From Azolla caroliniana (Eukaryota > Plantae > Polypodiophyta), in NCBI GenBank assembly GCA_043228905.1, contig JBHGNT010000005.1:18166001-18230000 (forward strand): a stretch of DNA of 64,000 bases, given 5' to 3'. Under the pieces are notes generated by a model. The model worked only from the letters and a program-made list of their open reading frames with translations. It was not told the origin of the DNA and did not search any database. The position numbers and the translations under genes are program-made. Below are positions 35,924 to 48,757 of this stretch, piece by piece (position 1 is the stretch's first letter; every line of letters starts with the position of its first letter).

Positions 35924-38900
35924 CTGTGTTAATGACATTAACAATAAGCTTCTTTTATCAATATTCCAGGAAGAAGTATTACAATATTAAAGTTATTTAA
36001 TTCACCCAAAAAATTTAATGAGTGGTGGGGTTGACCTAGACGCTCTCTAATGGTTCAGCCATTGGCCAAGATGTTATCATATGCCTAATGACGCAAAAAA
36101 AAAAAAAGTACGAGTATCTGAATACCAAATGTTTTCTAATGAAAACCTGAGAAACATAATCTAAGTCCACAATGCAGGAAAAAGGAAATGAGAATGCATC
36201 TGAGTGCTTTCTCATCTAAATTTTCGTTCCCATTTTCAACTGGTGAAAAACCAAGTAAAATTTCCCCTTCATAGGGTTCCATAATGCAAAATAAAAGAGA
36301 CACGAGTAAACCTCCATCCTTATTTTCAAATGGTGAAAAACCAAATAGAATATACCCTTCCTGGTGCCTCATAATGCAAAACGAAAGAGACATGGAAGCA
36401 AATCTCCATCCCCATTTTCAACTGGTATAAAACCAAATAAAATATACCCTTCCTAGTGTGTCACGATGCAAAATAAAAGAGACATGTCAGTGAATCTCCA
36501 TTCCCATTTTCAACTGGTGAAAAACTAAATAAAACATACCCTTCCTTAAGCCTCATTATTCGATCATCACTAGATAAATTATGCTCTGCAAGCCACCGAA
36601 GAAAGTTTGATGAAAGCTCTCGATCCTTCTTTGTTACATCTACAATGGTGTTGTCGTCAACATGGGGTGTTACAGATGCACCATATCCTACTTTCACTAA
36701 AGCTCTCAGTCCTGACTTGTAGTCGGATATATAGAAATCAGTCACTCGGCGCTGTCAGCAACACCACATGTAAAATTCCATACATGATGAATTGGAAGTA
36801 CTAAGAAACAGATGAATAAGTTCATGTTTGACAAACATAGAATGTAACTAACCTCCATGTATCGCATTCCCCAAGTGAAGATCTTATGTTTCGGATTCGC
36901 TGGCTTTGTCTTCATATTCCTATATTCATGAAGTGCACAAGATGTGTAGACACATCTACTGACTCGCTGATATGATGTTTCTAGAGGCACACTCCCACAA
37001 GTAACAATCTGAAAACAAGGATCGGTTGAGAAATATTATTATTTTACACAACATGAAGACCTAATCAGACTCACACCACCAGAGAAATCAGAAAATAATA
37101 ATTATACCCATCTTGTTTTCTGGAAGGACTCAAGAAATTCAGTATAACACCACAAAACGTTTGTAGGGTTGCCAAATGTAGTTACAACAGCAAAAACTCA
37201 CAGTTGACCAATAAAAAAAATTATAATTGCCAATTGAGCATAACAAGCTTACTAAATACATAGTCGTTTCTAAAGAGTTGCCCTCATACTGGGTATTTCA
37301 TTGGTCTTATAAAAACGACCTTCGACAAAGAGGATTGGGATTGCTTAGATGCATGTGGATCTTGAAAAAAAAGAATCGCCAAAACAGCTGTTAGAATAAT
37401 GACACAATTTTCTTGAAATTACAAATTGAGCATTCAGACTGTCAGAAAATTCCAGGTGTGCCCTGTAGCTAAGATTTTGCCGCTGTGTTTACTTGCTTTT
37501 ATGGTCTCTCTGCTTGACGATGCATGCAAAATTGTTGGATGTAAAAATCTTGCCTACAGAATTAAATTGTCCAAGGAAAACCCATCGTCTTACAATCACT
37601 CATCACTTACTAGTTTGGTTACTTAGGCTGCAAATACGTCATACTCTCTGGCCATTTTTGTAATTTTCTTTACATGGGATACAGTTTGGGTTTCATGGTA
37701 TAGTATGGAAATTTCGCAGCCCGCAATGCATATTGCATATTTGGATTTTCCATCAAGCAAACTTCACATTCTTTCAAATATACTAATTTTCAGGATATAT
37801 ATAATAGAACATGCCCTCTTCTTCAAGAATTTCTAGTCTTAAGACAGATATAATGACCTGCTAGTCATTTCCTTTGAATCATTTGTATGGGTTTTTCACT
37901 CTACATCATCAGCTAGTATAAAGTAACATTTGAAAACACCAAGTTGAAGTATTGCCTCTTATTCATAGACAAAACCTCTGGTTCTACAACTGATTACCAC
38001 TTCTGGAATTGTGAGATAGAGCTTTCTAAATATAAGACCCAAGAAAGATGTATCACATTTCGAAGTGGATTTGATCATTTTTGTACATTTTGAGAAAACT
38101 TGTTCTCTCACGTGTGTGAAAAGTATGCTTATCAATGCAGAGAACTACGAATTCATTTCTTAAGATCACATTAGATTGTTAATAGTATCCACACAGAGGA
38201 TGTTGGGTAGAGACTCTAGCTGCATTTCATAAGATCATGTCAGATTTTTTAATAGTATGCACAAAAATGGGCAAGGGGTTTTTGGGTTAAGTGACTGGAG
38301 GCATTTCACAAGAGCACGCTTCTACTGATAATTTATAGGATATGACATTTTGAGAAAACTTTTTCTCTCACACGTGTATCCAGGTGTGTGAAAAGTATGC
38401 TTCTCAATGCAGAGAACTACGAATGCATTTCTTAAGATCACATTAGATTGTTAATAGTATCCACACAGAGGATGTTGGGTAAAGACACTGGCCGCATTTC
38501 ATGAGATTATGTCAGATTTTTTATTAGTATATACAAAACAGGCAAGGGGTTTTTGGGTTAAGTAACTGGAGGCATTTCAAAAGAGCACAGTTCTACTGAT
38601 AGTTCATAGGATAAGTCATAAATCATGACAACCTAAAGGTTTAAGAACCCATATTCATGCTTGCAAGGAGAGTATACAATCCCCACATGCGCACCAGTAA
38701 ACATGACTTATATTTATTGTCCAAAACCTCCTAATGAGGGTGTCTTTCAACTATTACTTATATGAAGGCATCATCATTTCATGCTCATGTTGCTATACTC
38801 ATAGCTCTTGTTGCTATAGTCATAGCTCAGGAAGCTAGGTCATGGTCAACAGTGAACATGACCATAATACACTCAGCTCTTGACACAGAATTAGCTTAAG

Positions 38901-41900
38901 AGAACTTATTAATTGATCAATAATATCAGTAATGTTCATTGACAAAGAATAACATTCATAAAGTATATTTATTGATATACAAGGATTAAATCAAATGTTT
39001 TCAACAAGATAATAAAGTATTAATCCTCATAAAAAATAGTTTTATACGAGTCTGCATATTTTTATACATTTTCATGAAAGCCTACATGGAACCAATCCAA
39101 TGAGTTTATCCACAGTCTCATATGATGCAACAGGGAGATCTTGTTTTCAACAAGATAATAAAGTACTAATTCTCAAAAAAAAAAAAAAATTCTCCATGTC
39201 TGCATTTTTTTATACATTTTCATACATATGAAAATATAGTTGGAACCAATACAGTGAGTTTATTCACATTCTCAAATGATGTAAAAGGTAGATCAGTCAT
39301 GATTATGGTGGGCCAAAACAAAAGAAGGCGGTTAAGAATTTCCTACTAATCAATAGACCCAATTAAAGTAAAAAAAGGTGAATAGACTGGATAGAAGAAC
39401 CACTCCTGACCACCCACCAGCTATGATGAAGACATAGACAACCTACCACCAACATCCTATACCAAAGGATATTAGGATGACTAGCACCATGTAAGAGGTA
39501 ACATGATCATCACAACAAAAGCTTAGCCCACACCACTGGTGTCTCAAGATTTCAGCCTTCCAACATAATGTCCCTTGTGAGGATATTTAGGCCTCATATT
39601 TATACTTCTTCCTAGGCCCCTTGAATAGATGCACTTTTTCTAAAAGACTCTCCATCCATTGGTTGTCAAGATCATGATGGTGCATGCACCTATTATTCCC
39701 TCTATTCAATCAGATTATCCCTTTCTAAAATTAGTTGAACTTTGTGATATGTTATGCATACATAACATATCACAAAGTTCAACTAATGCATTGGTACTTC
39801 TACAAGAACATAATTTGAGATTTGCATGACCACTATTGTGCCAAATATATTAAATATAAAATACTCAAGAAAGAGTTTGAGCTGACAAACATGAATGATA
39901 TGTGAGATTGCAAAACTGAAATCCAAGAGATTGCAGTTCCTGTCCATTCTGGTTGCAAACAAACTGCAAATTACTGTCAATTCTTGTTGCATTCAAAACC
40001 AGAATCTAAAGGTAGAAAAATAATACATTCGGAGACAGAACCTTATCTCTTTTTGATCATGAGCTTCTAAGGAAAAATTAAAATGTTCTTTTTGAGTTGA
40101 TCACAGATATCTCACTTGTATTATAGCTCAAAATACTTGTAGCATATGGTTCCTACTAGAGAGAATAATAGAGTTTTGAATTCCCTAAAGTAGTTTCATT
40201 CAAGTCTTGATATCTGGCAACTATGTAATCATCTTCAGGTGGCTCAACAATATTTCTCAAGCCCAACATCCAAGTTGAAGTTTCTATGGAGTAAGTATAT
40301 AAAGGACAATGGTTTAGAAAATTTCCAACTGATAGATATTTCTCATTCTATCAGAACACTGTATCCTGCGAGTTTCTTTGAGATTCCTTAAAGAGAAACA
40401 TATAGAGAAATGAAATAGAAACTTCATGAAAACTTGGAAAATATAGAAACATAGAAAGAATGTAGAGAGAAACATCTTTCAAAGCATTATGACATTGTGA
40501 CTTCATTATGAGATTATAACTTCATTCTCCAAGCATTCTGTACTCTGATTAATAATAAGAAAATATGAGATTTGTGTGAAAAGCATAGACAAGCAATGCA
40601 TTTCCAATAAGCAAAAAAACACATTATCATTTGCATTGAAGTAAGGATTAGAGCGACTCACTCCTGTAATTTTTACATATTGACCATCCTTGGCTTCATC
40701 CAATCCAAAACTTGGATATCTTGAAACGAACGTCATCACTGCTCTCCGTCCCATACATGAGTTCCATATCAGTAGCATGACAACAGCTCCGAATAGACAT
40801 GCCACTATAATAAGTAGGACAGGATTTTGAACTGCTACAAGAATGAAACCTCCTGCAATGAAGCCAATGATGAAGAGGGGCACCACCGTCCAAAGGATAA
40901 CCCTTGGGAGGTTTCCTAGGAAGGATACCCTCTGGTCATGTGAAAGATGGTTAATGGCCTGATTGTTGGGGTTCTTATTGGCTTGCAAACTTGAATTTCT
41001 TGAGAACGCATTGGTTTCTATGGGACCTGAATCCATGTTTCATAAACCTCAACATCAAAAATAAATTAATCCAAAATAAACAGATTGTGCCCTTTTTTAC
41101 TTGAACACAGACCTGAATGATTCAATATCCTAAAAAAGGGAAACATTTATAAACAAACAGAAAATGCCGAACATATCCTTTTCCACTACTGAAGTCTTTC
41201 CATGTCAGTAAGCCTAAATCTCAATAACTGGATCATGGACAAAACAAACCAAATGTGGATTTTGTTTTTAAATCAGTGTGAAAAATCAGAATATGCCCTT
41301 TTTTCTTAAGTGAATGCAGACCTGAATGAGTCAACATAAAATATAAACCACATTCAAAATATACAAAATGTGCAGATTCTTGGGTATAAAATGCAGACCT
41401 AAACCCATGTTCCATAAACTTAAACATAAAAAATGAACCACTTCCAAAACAATTGGAATGTGCCTTTTTATTCATGTTTTGTAAACCTAAATGTCAAATA
41501 AAAAATGAACCACTTCCAATTAAAATGTGCCTTTGAATTCATGTTTTGTAAACCTAAATATCAAAAATAAAAAATGAACCACTTCCAATTAAAATGTGTC
41601 TTTGAATTCATATTTCATAAACCTTAATGTCAAACATGAGCCACATTCAAAACAAACAGAAATGTTGCCTTCTTCTTCTCTCTTGAACACAGACATGAAG
41701 GATATATAACGTCAGAATCCTTTTCTACTCTATTGAATAGAAACCTGAATGATTAGCATAAAAGGGAGCACAGGACGAAATTGCATGCGGCTAATTTTTT
41801 ACATTGTTAATCATTCAAGTCTATATCCAATAGATAAGAAAAAGTTATTGGTGTGGTATCACTCAAATCCGTGTTCATAGAAGAGAATGAAAGATTCTGC

Positions 41901-42570
41901 TTGTTCTGGATGTGGTTCAGTTTCTCGCAGACAGCTAACAATAAAAATAACAAACAATTTAAAATTGAGCCGAATGCAAAACAAACAGAATGTGCCTATT
42001 TCTCTTTCTTTTGATTGAAAGCATACCGGAATGATTCCGTGACGCTGGGCCAGTAGATACAGGGCCTGAGGTGATGAGCCCAGTGGCAGGCAAATTCGGT
42101 GCGAGGGGTCCAGAATTCTGCCGAGAAAGAGGACCCGAGGTCTTCAAGCCCCCTCTGCCATGATGATTTGGTTCCCCTCCTTTAGACAAGGGGCCTGAGT
42201 TTGATTTAGGTCGACTAAAAGAGCCCAAGTGTGTGATATGAGGGGGTGGGGGTGGGTTCAAAGGACCAGAGTTAGACGAGGTGCGAAATGACCCTCCACT
42301 GCCGCCTGCTCGGGCCGAGGCAGATACCGATGATGCTGACATGGCACCCTGTGCACCACTGATTGGTCCTGATTTCTTCGTCATCTTATGTGGCTCAAGA
42401 ACATTGATGTCGAACATCTTCCCAAGCTCTCCTGATTTCTTGATATCTCCCCCTGTGTATGGCATTACAGTGGATGTCATTGTGGGTGCTCTCTCTTTGG
42501 GTTGCTCCGCAGGAGCTCCAGAGACGTACAGACCTCCGCTTAGCTGATGTACTCTGTTAGTACTACCCAT
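35731..42570 (-). CDS. SHOU4: SHOU4/SHOU4L (At1g78880/At1g16860)-family membrane protein, 5 coding exons, about 489 aa
   Basis: Exons 42570-42027, 41026-40662, 37008-36853, 36751-36540 and 35923-35731 all have GT-AG boundaries and consistent phase (1470 nt). Family motifs: HQLS.GLYVSG.PEQPKER, MPYTGGDIKKSGELGKMFDI, LPATGLITSGP, two TM helices, DFYISD, C-terminal IPV. Orthology is not established. Confidence 0.9.
36220..36560. repeat. 92-bp tandem repeat (about 3.7 copies) spanning the exon 4/intron 4 junction
   Basis: CCCATTTTCAACTGGTGAAAAACCAAATAAAATATACCCTTCC-like unit at 92-bp spacing. Confidence 0.88.
36540..36751 (-). CDS. SHOU4: SHOU4-like coding exon 4
   Basis: GACAG|CGC; DFYISDYKSGLRALVK...RIMRLKEG; GG|GTATGT. 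Confidence 0.88.
36853..37008 (-). CDS. SHOU4: SHOU4-like coding exon 3
   Basis: TTTTCAG|ATT; IVTCGSVPLETSYQRVSRCVYTS...; GAG|GTTAGT. Confidence 0.88.
38086..38615. repeat. Intronic tandem duplication, two copies of about 260-270 bp
   Basis: CATTTTGAGAAAACTT...TTCTACTGATA.TT.ATAGGATA starts at about 38086 and 38346. Confidence 0.88.
38996..39295. repeat. Intronic tandem duplication, two copies of about 147 bp
   Basis: TGTTTTCAACAAGATAATAAAGTA...GGAACCAAT...TGAGTTTAT occurs twice. Confidence 0.82.
39730..39787. repeat. Perfect inverted repeat, 27-bp arms and 4-nt loop
   Basis: ATTAGTTGAACTTTGTGATATGTTATG-CATA-CATAACATATCACAAAGTTCAACTAAT. Confidence 0.95.
40662..41026 (-). CDS. SHOU4: SHOU4-like coding exon 2 (TM helices)
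   Basis: Acceptor TTCAG|GT; donor GGA|GTGAGT; ...AKDGQYVKITG. Confidence 0.88.
41027..41755. repeat. Degenerate repeats in intron 1 (about 67-70-bp units plus AGACCTGAATGA modules)
   Basis: TTCATGTTTTGTAAACCTAAA...AAAAAATGAACCACTTCCAA recurs at about 41405, 41470, 41538 and 41607. Confidence 0.75.
42027..42570 (-). CDS. SHOU4: SHOU4-like coding exon 1
   Basis: ATG at 42570; donor G|GTATGC, phase 1. Confidence 0.9.
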
Positions 42571-43559
42571 CTTCCTTAATGTGAAAAATCTCTTCCAACA
42601 ACAACAATAATTCTCTTCTTTGGATTAGTTCGTAATAACTTTCTATCTGTGCCCCGTTCTCTCTTTGCAGATCGTATTAGTTATGATATGAAATGTGCCC
42701 AGATTCAGTCTCTTAATAAGGTTTGTTATATGTATACCTGTTTTTCTCACTGCGAATCGAATGAGAGAAAGCTCTTTTGAAGAGAAAGTCCGTCTTTATA
42801 TTCCTTTAGATATGAAATGTGCCCAGATCTAGTTTCCTGAACAAGTCTTTTTATATACCTGACTTTCTCTTTGCAGATTGTTGATGTGAATGTGCCCAGA
42901 TCTACTCTTTCCTGATGCCAAACTCCTAAACTCTTCTACCTCTGTAGTGACGCTCTTTTCTGTTATGGAAACTGTAAACTCTTACTGATCTGTGATTTGC
43001 AGGTTTCCCTGCTATGGAAAACCAGATAACCCTGTTCACTGATGGAAATTCTTTCTTGTTAGAGAAACCTTCGACGCAGCTATTTCCTGTTGGGAAAATG
43101 AAAAATGCAGTTATTTCCTGCTCGGGAAAATGCTGTTATTTCCTGTTAAGGGAATCTCCAATGCCACTCTTACTTGTTATAAAAACTCTCGATGGAGCTG
43201 TTCTTGTTAGAGAAACCCTAAAAAACCTGCTCCTGTGAGATGAAGTTGATTCCTATCAGGTAAACCCCAGAATCTCATTATCTGCATTGCAGTTTTCTGA
43301 TATGGAAACCCAAAATTCCTGATCTCTAGTTCCTTGTCCCTGCTTCAGTGCTTCAAAACCGCCCCTAACACTAAACCTAGTTGGGGCGTCTGGTACAGTA
43401 ATCAAACTTGCAAATGTGTGAAAAAAAAGATGGGGGTGGGGGGGGAGGGGGGGGGATGACCAGGAACAATGCAGGAAATCTGAGTACACCCAGAATTTCT
43501 TCTTAGTAGAGTTTCTGAGCCTGCATAAACCCGGACCCTAATTCTGCACCTGATACAGA

Positions 43560-43561
43560 CG

Positions 43562-43613
<52 letters not shown>

Positions 43614-43840
43614 TTCTGTTTCCTCAACACTTTTCTTGTTCTTTTATCTTTGTGTTTTGTGTGACTTCCTTTGCCTTTGTAAAGAGAAGTTGAAGGACAC
43701 CATAGCCGAGAGAGAGAGAGAGAGAGAGAGAGAAGGGAGTGGAAGTAAGTGAAGTAGTGTAGGAAAAGGGGAGGAAGGAGGGGGGACAGAGTGGGGTCCC
43801 ATCCTCTTTCTCTTTGTTAACTTACAAAGCAAACCATGTG

Positions 43841-43872
<32 letters not shown>

Positions 43873-43906
43873 TGTATGTATGTATGTATGTATGTATGTA
43901 TGTATG

Positions 43907-43937
<31 letters not shown>

Positions 43938-44100
43938 TGTATGTATGTAATTTATGTATGTAATGTATGTATGTATGCAATGTATGTATGTATGTATGTA
44001 ATGTATATGTTAGATTTGTGCATACATGTGTGTGTGTGTCTCTCTCTCTCTCCCTCTCTCTTTCTTGTGTGTAAGAGAGAGATAGTGAGAGAAAGAGAGT
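43560..44100. repeat. Microsatellite cluster upstream of the host gene: (GT)n, (GA)n, long (TATG)n, (CT)n
   Basis: Read directly at about 43564-43612, 43708-43732, 43843-44005 and 44027-44060. Confidence 0.95.
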
Positions 44101-45501
44101 ATGTGCCTGTGTCTGTTGTAGGTAGGGGAAATGTCCGCAACTCGAATGCCCATGTGGGGTCACTAATGGACAATAGTGTATGTGGTGTGTGCAGCTCGCT
44201 CATGGAGTGTGTGCGGTGGGGTATGAAGACATGGGATGGGGTATTCGCAGTAGCTGTCATAGCTGGTATTCGTCATCGCATGTGCAATTTGCTATCCTCT
44301 TGGGCCCATCATTGTCCCCCCCTTGTCTGGTTCTCTCTTCGTTTCATCAAGTCTAATTTTGGTAATGTCATCGCCCCCCCCCCCCCTCCAAATCGTTGTT
44401 CTGAGATCGATAACCCATCTTACATATTTGTATATCCCACCATATATTTACATTGGGTGTGTGATTCATCTTCAAATGTGCTGACTTTGTACTTGACCAA
44501 CCTACCAAGCACACAGATGGGTAAGGCGTGCATTGTGGCAATACGACCATACATCAATACATAGCTTGCCTACGTTGAAATCCTCCCATTAATGTTTGGG
44601 CATGTTAATGTTATTTTTATGACACCAATCATAACACTCCTTCCTTGGGTCCATCCTCCCATCACATTATGAATCAAATACTAATATATAAGCAATAAAT
44701 ATTTAGATTAAGAAAAGGATGGTTTAGTGGTGCTTAACCACACCAATCACTCTCAAGTGAAGAACAAGAGACAAACATAAAATACCACGAGTGTTCCATA
44801 CCACCAAAAATTTCTTTATGTCATACATTTGATGTTGATATGAAGGGATTCAAAAGAGGAGAACTTTACATCACCAATAGAGTCTCAACAGTGTTGCAAG
44901 ATGTCACAATGAAGGGAGTAGCTAGTTCCCTTTGTATAGCCCAACACCTAAAGGCTCTTCCCAAATGTCATAACTCTAATGTTATCATTATTATGCAGTT
45001 GAGTACACATGTGCATATGCAAGTCTGGGAGTTATCATGTGTGATAATGAACCAAAATATGGGGATGCCTTCTATGATTAGCACATAATGATGCATCATC
45101 AAGGTGGGGTCCTAGAAAAACAAAATATGCCTAGTATGGAGGCTAAATATATCTATATTATTGTCCTAATATTGAGCTTCTTCCCATTCTCATAACTATC
45201 TGGGTTCTGATTGGAGACTTGTTGCAAGATCAATGGATCCATTTAATAATGACAAATTCTCATGCATGAAGATGGGTGTGGTGTTGTGAGGATGTTAGAG
45301 TCTAGATGTCCCTCACATACCCAAGGGGTGGTTGAGTCTATATTATATGAGGATGTTTTCTACTCTTGATATCATCTAAGAGAATAGAGCAACACTCTAA
45401 GCAATGTTCTACCTCAAAAGCTTCTTATATATGACCTCTCTTATACGAATTGCATGAGTCAGGGAATGTCAATGGAGAGTAGAATTGGAACTCAATAATA
45501 A

Positions 45502-45893
45502 CGTTATATAATACCATAGATATTAGAGATATGATCTAATGTAAGTGTATGATAAGTAGAAAAGAATGATAGATAGGTAGATAGAAATGAGAGAGAGAAA
45601 GAAGGGTGTTGATCCACCTGACCACCCCCGAGCAAAGGGATCGAGACGGACTTGAGCCTCGATCGGCGTCCCATACCACCGTTGTGGCGTCGAGTTGTAC
45701 CTGGTGCTGGCGTGCTCGCTACAAGAGTTGAACCACCACGAAACAAGAGTCTTGACGTAGTCAAAAGATGATGAAATGAGGGTAGCTAGGCCTCTTATTT
45801 ATAGTGATACCCAAGGCCCCCATGCAAGTTCACACTTGGCCTAATGGGTTGTCTCAATCCCGAGGATTAAAAGTAATCCTCCCCTTCTTTACA
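45502..45893 (-). mobile_element. Probable decayed LTR
   Basis: Minus strand starts TGTAAAG, has CTATAAATAAGAGG and a CT-rich U5; far end and TSD are degenerate. Confidence 0.45.
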
Positions 45894-45899
45894 CGTAAA

Positions 45900-46345
45900 A
45901 ACACCTTTTGTCCAAGGTTGAATACACAAGGTTGCCTATGATGATCGACTTAAAAATGTGCTCTATCTTGAGCTATTTTTATATTATCTTGTGCAATCTG
46001 CAACATATCTTGCATATCCCGAAGAAAGTTTTGTGTACTTCGCAACTCATCATGATGTATATTAACATCAATCAGGGCTCGTGGCTAAAAACCATACATC
46101 AACATAAAAGGACTATATCTCGTCGATGTATGCTTGGAGCTGTTATAAGCAAACTCCAAAATTGGGAGATAACATTCCCATTTTGTTGGTTTTGTACCAA
46201 CGTATGCTCGAAGCATGTCCTCAATAATTTGATTTACTCGTTTTGTCTATCCATCGGATTGAGGATGATCCGTGGAGCTCATGCTCAATGTAGTTTCTAA
46301 CTTCTTAAAGACTTGCGTCCAGAAGTCACTAGTAAACTTTGGATC
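45900..46345 (-). pseudogene. Chromovirus-type Gypsy integrase fragment
   Basis: DPKFTSDFW...LSMSSTDHPQSDG-TKRVNQIIEDMLRAYV...LPILEFAYNSSKH on the minus strand. Confidence 0.78.
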
Positions 46346-48401
46346 CGGAAACCATATTGTTACTATTGTCAGCAGGAAGGCCATTACAATGCTCAATGCT
46401 CGAGAAAACCCAAGGAGAAACAACCGGTAGTTAACATGGTGACCGCCGAAGTAATGGATGTACAACAAGTCACCACGCGGTCAAAAGGGAAGACTGTGGA
46501 ATGGGAGACACGCGAAGTAGGCCTCAGAATGAATACAACAGGCCAACCAAAGGAACGTGGACGAATTAAAAGCACAAGCAAAATCCCCGGAAGAACTGGT
46601 CGGGAGCACGAAGAGCGACTCGGCATGGCAGGCTTTACAACAATGTCAGATTATGCTACCATTGGGCCGACTTTTGCAACTCTTTCCTAGATTTACGGAA
46701 GGGTTATAGTCGACAGTATTACCACAAAATCCGGCGTCAGCAACAACATTTTTCTCCAATCTAGAGGAAGGGCCGACCGTGGTAGACATGAGTAGTTCGG
46801 TAGTAACGGTTATTATAAAGGGAAGTGAGGTACCAGGAACGATCATTGACAAAGGATCTGGCGTGAATGTGATCAGCCAACGGACTTGTGACACGTTGAG
46901 CATCTGAGAATGGGAGTCGTGCCCATTATGGCTACGTATGGCAGACACTAGTTCGGTCCAACCAATTGGACTCATCTGAAACCTTGACATCACGATTGGA
47001 GGTCATGCATTCCGAATTTCCGCCGTGGTTTTGCAGCTTAACACGCCGGAGGCATACCCCCTATTATAGGGAAGGCCATGGTTGAAAACAATACATATTA
47101 AGCAGAAGGCAGAAGAATGTGATAACTTTCAGACGAGGGAAAACCGAAGTTCGGGTACCAACCTAGGAACAAGCTGGTACGAGCAAGCAGCTAACACCCC
47201 CATATGGTGAAAGTATCAATATGTTGGACAGATTGACGGATGATGAAGTCGACCAGTACTTAGACGAACATCCCAATATCGTGCCGCTTTTCAAGGTAGA
47301 TGTAGCCGAAGTTGTCATGCGGTACGTTACACATCGGGAGGACGAATTTGACGAGCTGGATCGGGAGGCGATCCGGGAACTCCGGTAGGCGCAAGAATCG
47401 TTAGAGAGAGAGATGGCCGTATCCCAATGAGTAAAGGCATCCAAACTGGAAGAGATCAACCTCAGGACAAGTGAGGCGCCTAGACTAGTCAATGTAGCGA
47501 ATGAAATGCCACCTAACGAAAAAATGGCAATGATCGAACTATTGAAAGAATTTAGGGATGTCTTTGCATGGTCCTATGAAGATATGTGGGCTTTGAACCC
47601 CAAGATGTATCAACACCAGATCCACCTCAGTAAGGATGTTAAACCGATAGCGTAGAGACGTTACCGGATGAACCCGAATTATGCGCTAAAGGTGAAAGAA
47701 AAATTGACAAATTGCTGAGAGTAGGTTTTATCCGGCCAGTGAAGTAGGCCACGTGGTTAAGTCTGATAGTCGTAGTACCGAAGAAGAATGGGAAAGTCCG
47801 GGTCTGTGTCGATTACCGAAAACTCAACGTAGCCACGGTGACGGATGCCTTTCCGCTACCATTTACAAGCATATTGGACACGGTAGCCAGACATGAAGTT
47901 TATAGCTTCCTAGATGGATTTAGTGGGTATAATCAAATCCGGATGCATCCAGAAAACCAGGAAAAGACGGCCTTCGTAATGGAATGGGGAGTATTTGTTG
48001 CGGTCTTCATGATGTTTAGGCTAAAAACGACACCTGCAACATTTCAAAGGATTATAATGGAAATATTTGGAGAATATATTCTGGCCTTCATGCAGGTGTT
48101 TCTCGATGATTTTACCATTTATAGCTAGAGGGAGGACCACTTGGACCATCTCTGGATGTGTCTTGAGAAAGGTTGTGGATACAGATTGAGTTTAAATCTG
48201 GCAAAGTGTGTATTTGAGGTCACCAGTGGAGCGCTGCTTGGACACATAGTGAGCAAATAAGGAATTGTTGTGGATCCAAACAAAGTGAAAGCAATCCGAT
48301 TCTTGGGGCAAATCTGAAGGCCTTGAGCCGATTCTTGGGGCAAATCCGGTGGCATAGCCGGATGCTACGGTACTTAGCTAATTTGGCCACTCCATTGCAT
48401 G

Positions 48402-48718
48402 TGTTGAGCGGCAAGCTCAAACCGGAGCCGGATCAGCTGAATAAGCCGGAGCCGGTAAGCGAGACGGATCGGTATGATGGTGAGCAACCGAACCGGCAAG
48501 CAGTGGAGGCCGAGTGCAATCCGTAACCGAAAGTCCAATCGGAAGCCTAGTATAGGATAGACTACTAGGTAGCTATAGTCTCGTAGTAAGTGTCAGATGC
48601 TCGTGTGAGCATTGAAGTACATGGTACTTCTGTTAGTCCCAAGAGGACTTGTATAAATAGTGCTACTTAGCACAGTGTGTATACAGAGTCTTGATATAAT
48701 TTTGAAATTGTGTTCTGC

Positions 48719-48757
<39 letters not shown>

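Noticed and set aside
42600-43240. Short repeats (GAAATGTGCCCAGAT, TTCTTGTTAGAGAAACC) in the presumed 5' UTR or leader intron
   Set aside because: Real but degenerate; the UTR exon structure cannot be fixed without transcripts.
43567-44564. ORFs such as MCVCVC... and (YIHT)n
   Set aside because: Translations of microsatellites.
44600-45480. Possible old LTR remnant
   Set aside because: No defensible boundaries, partner LTR or TSD.
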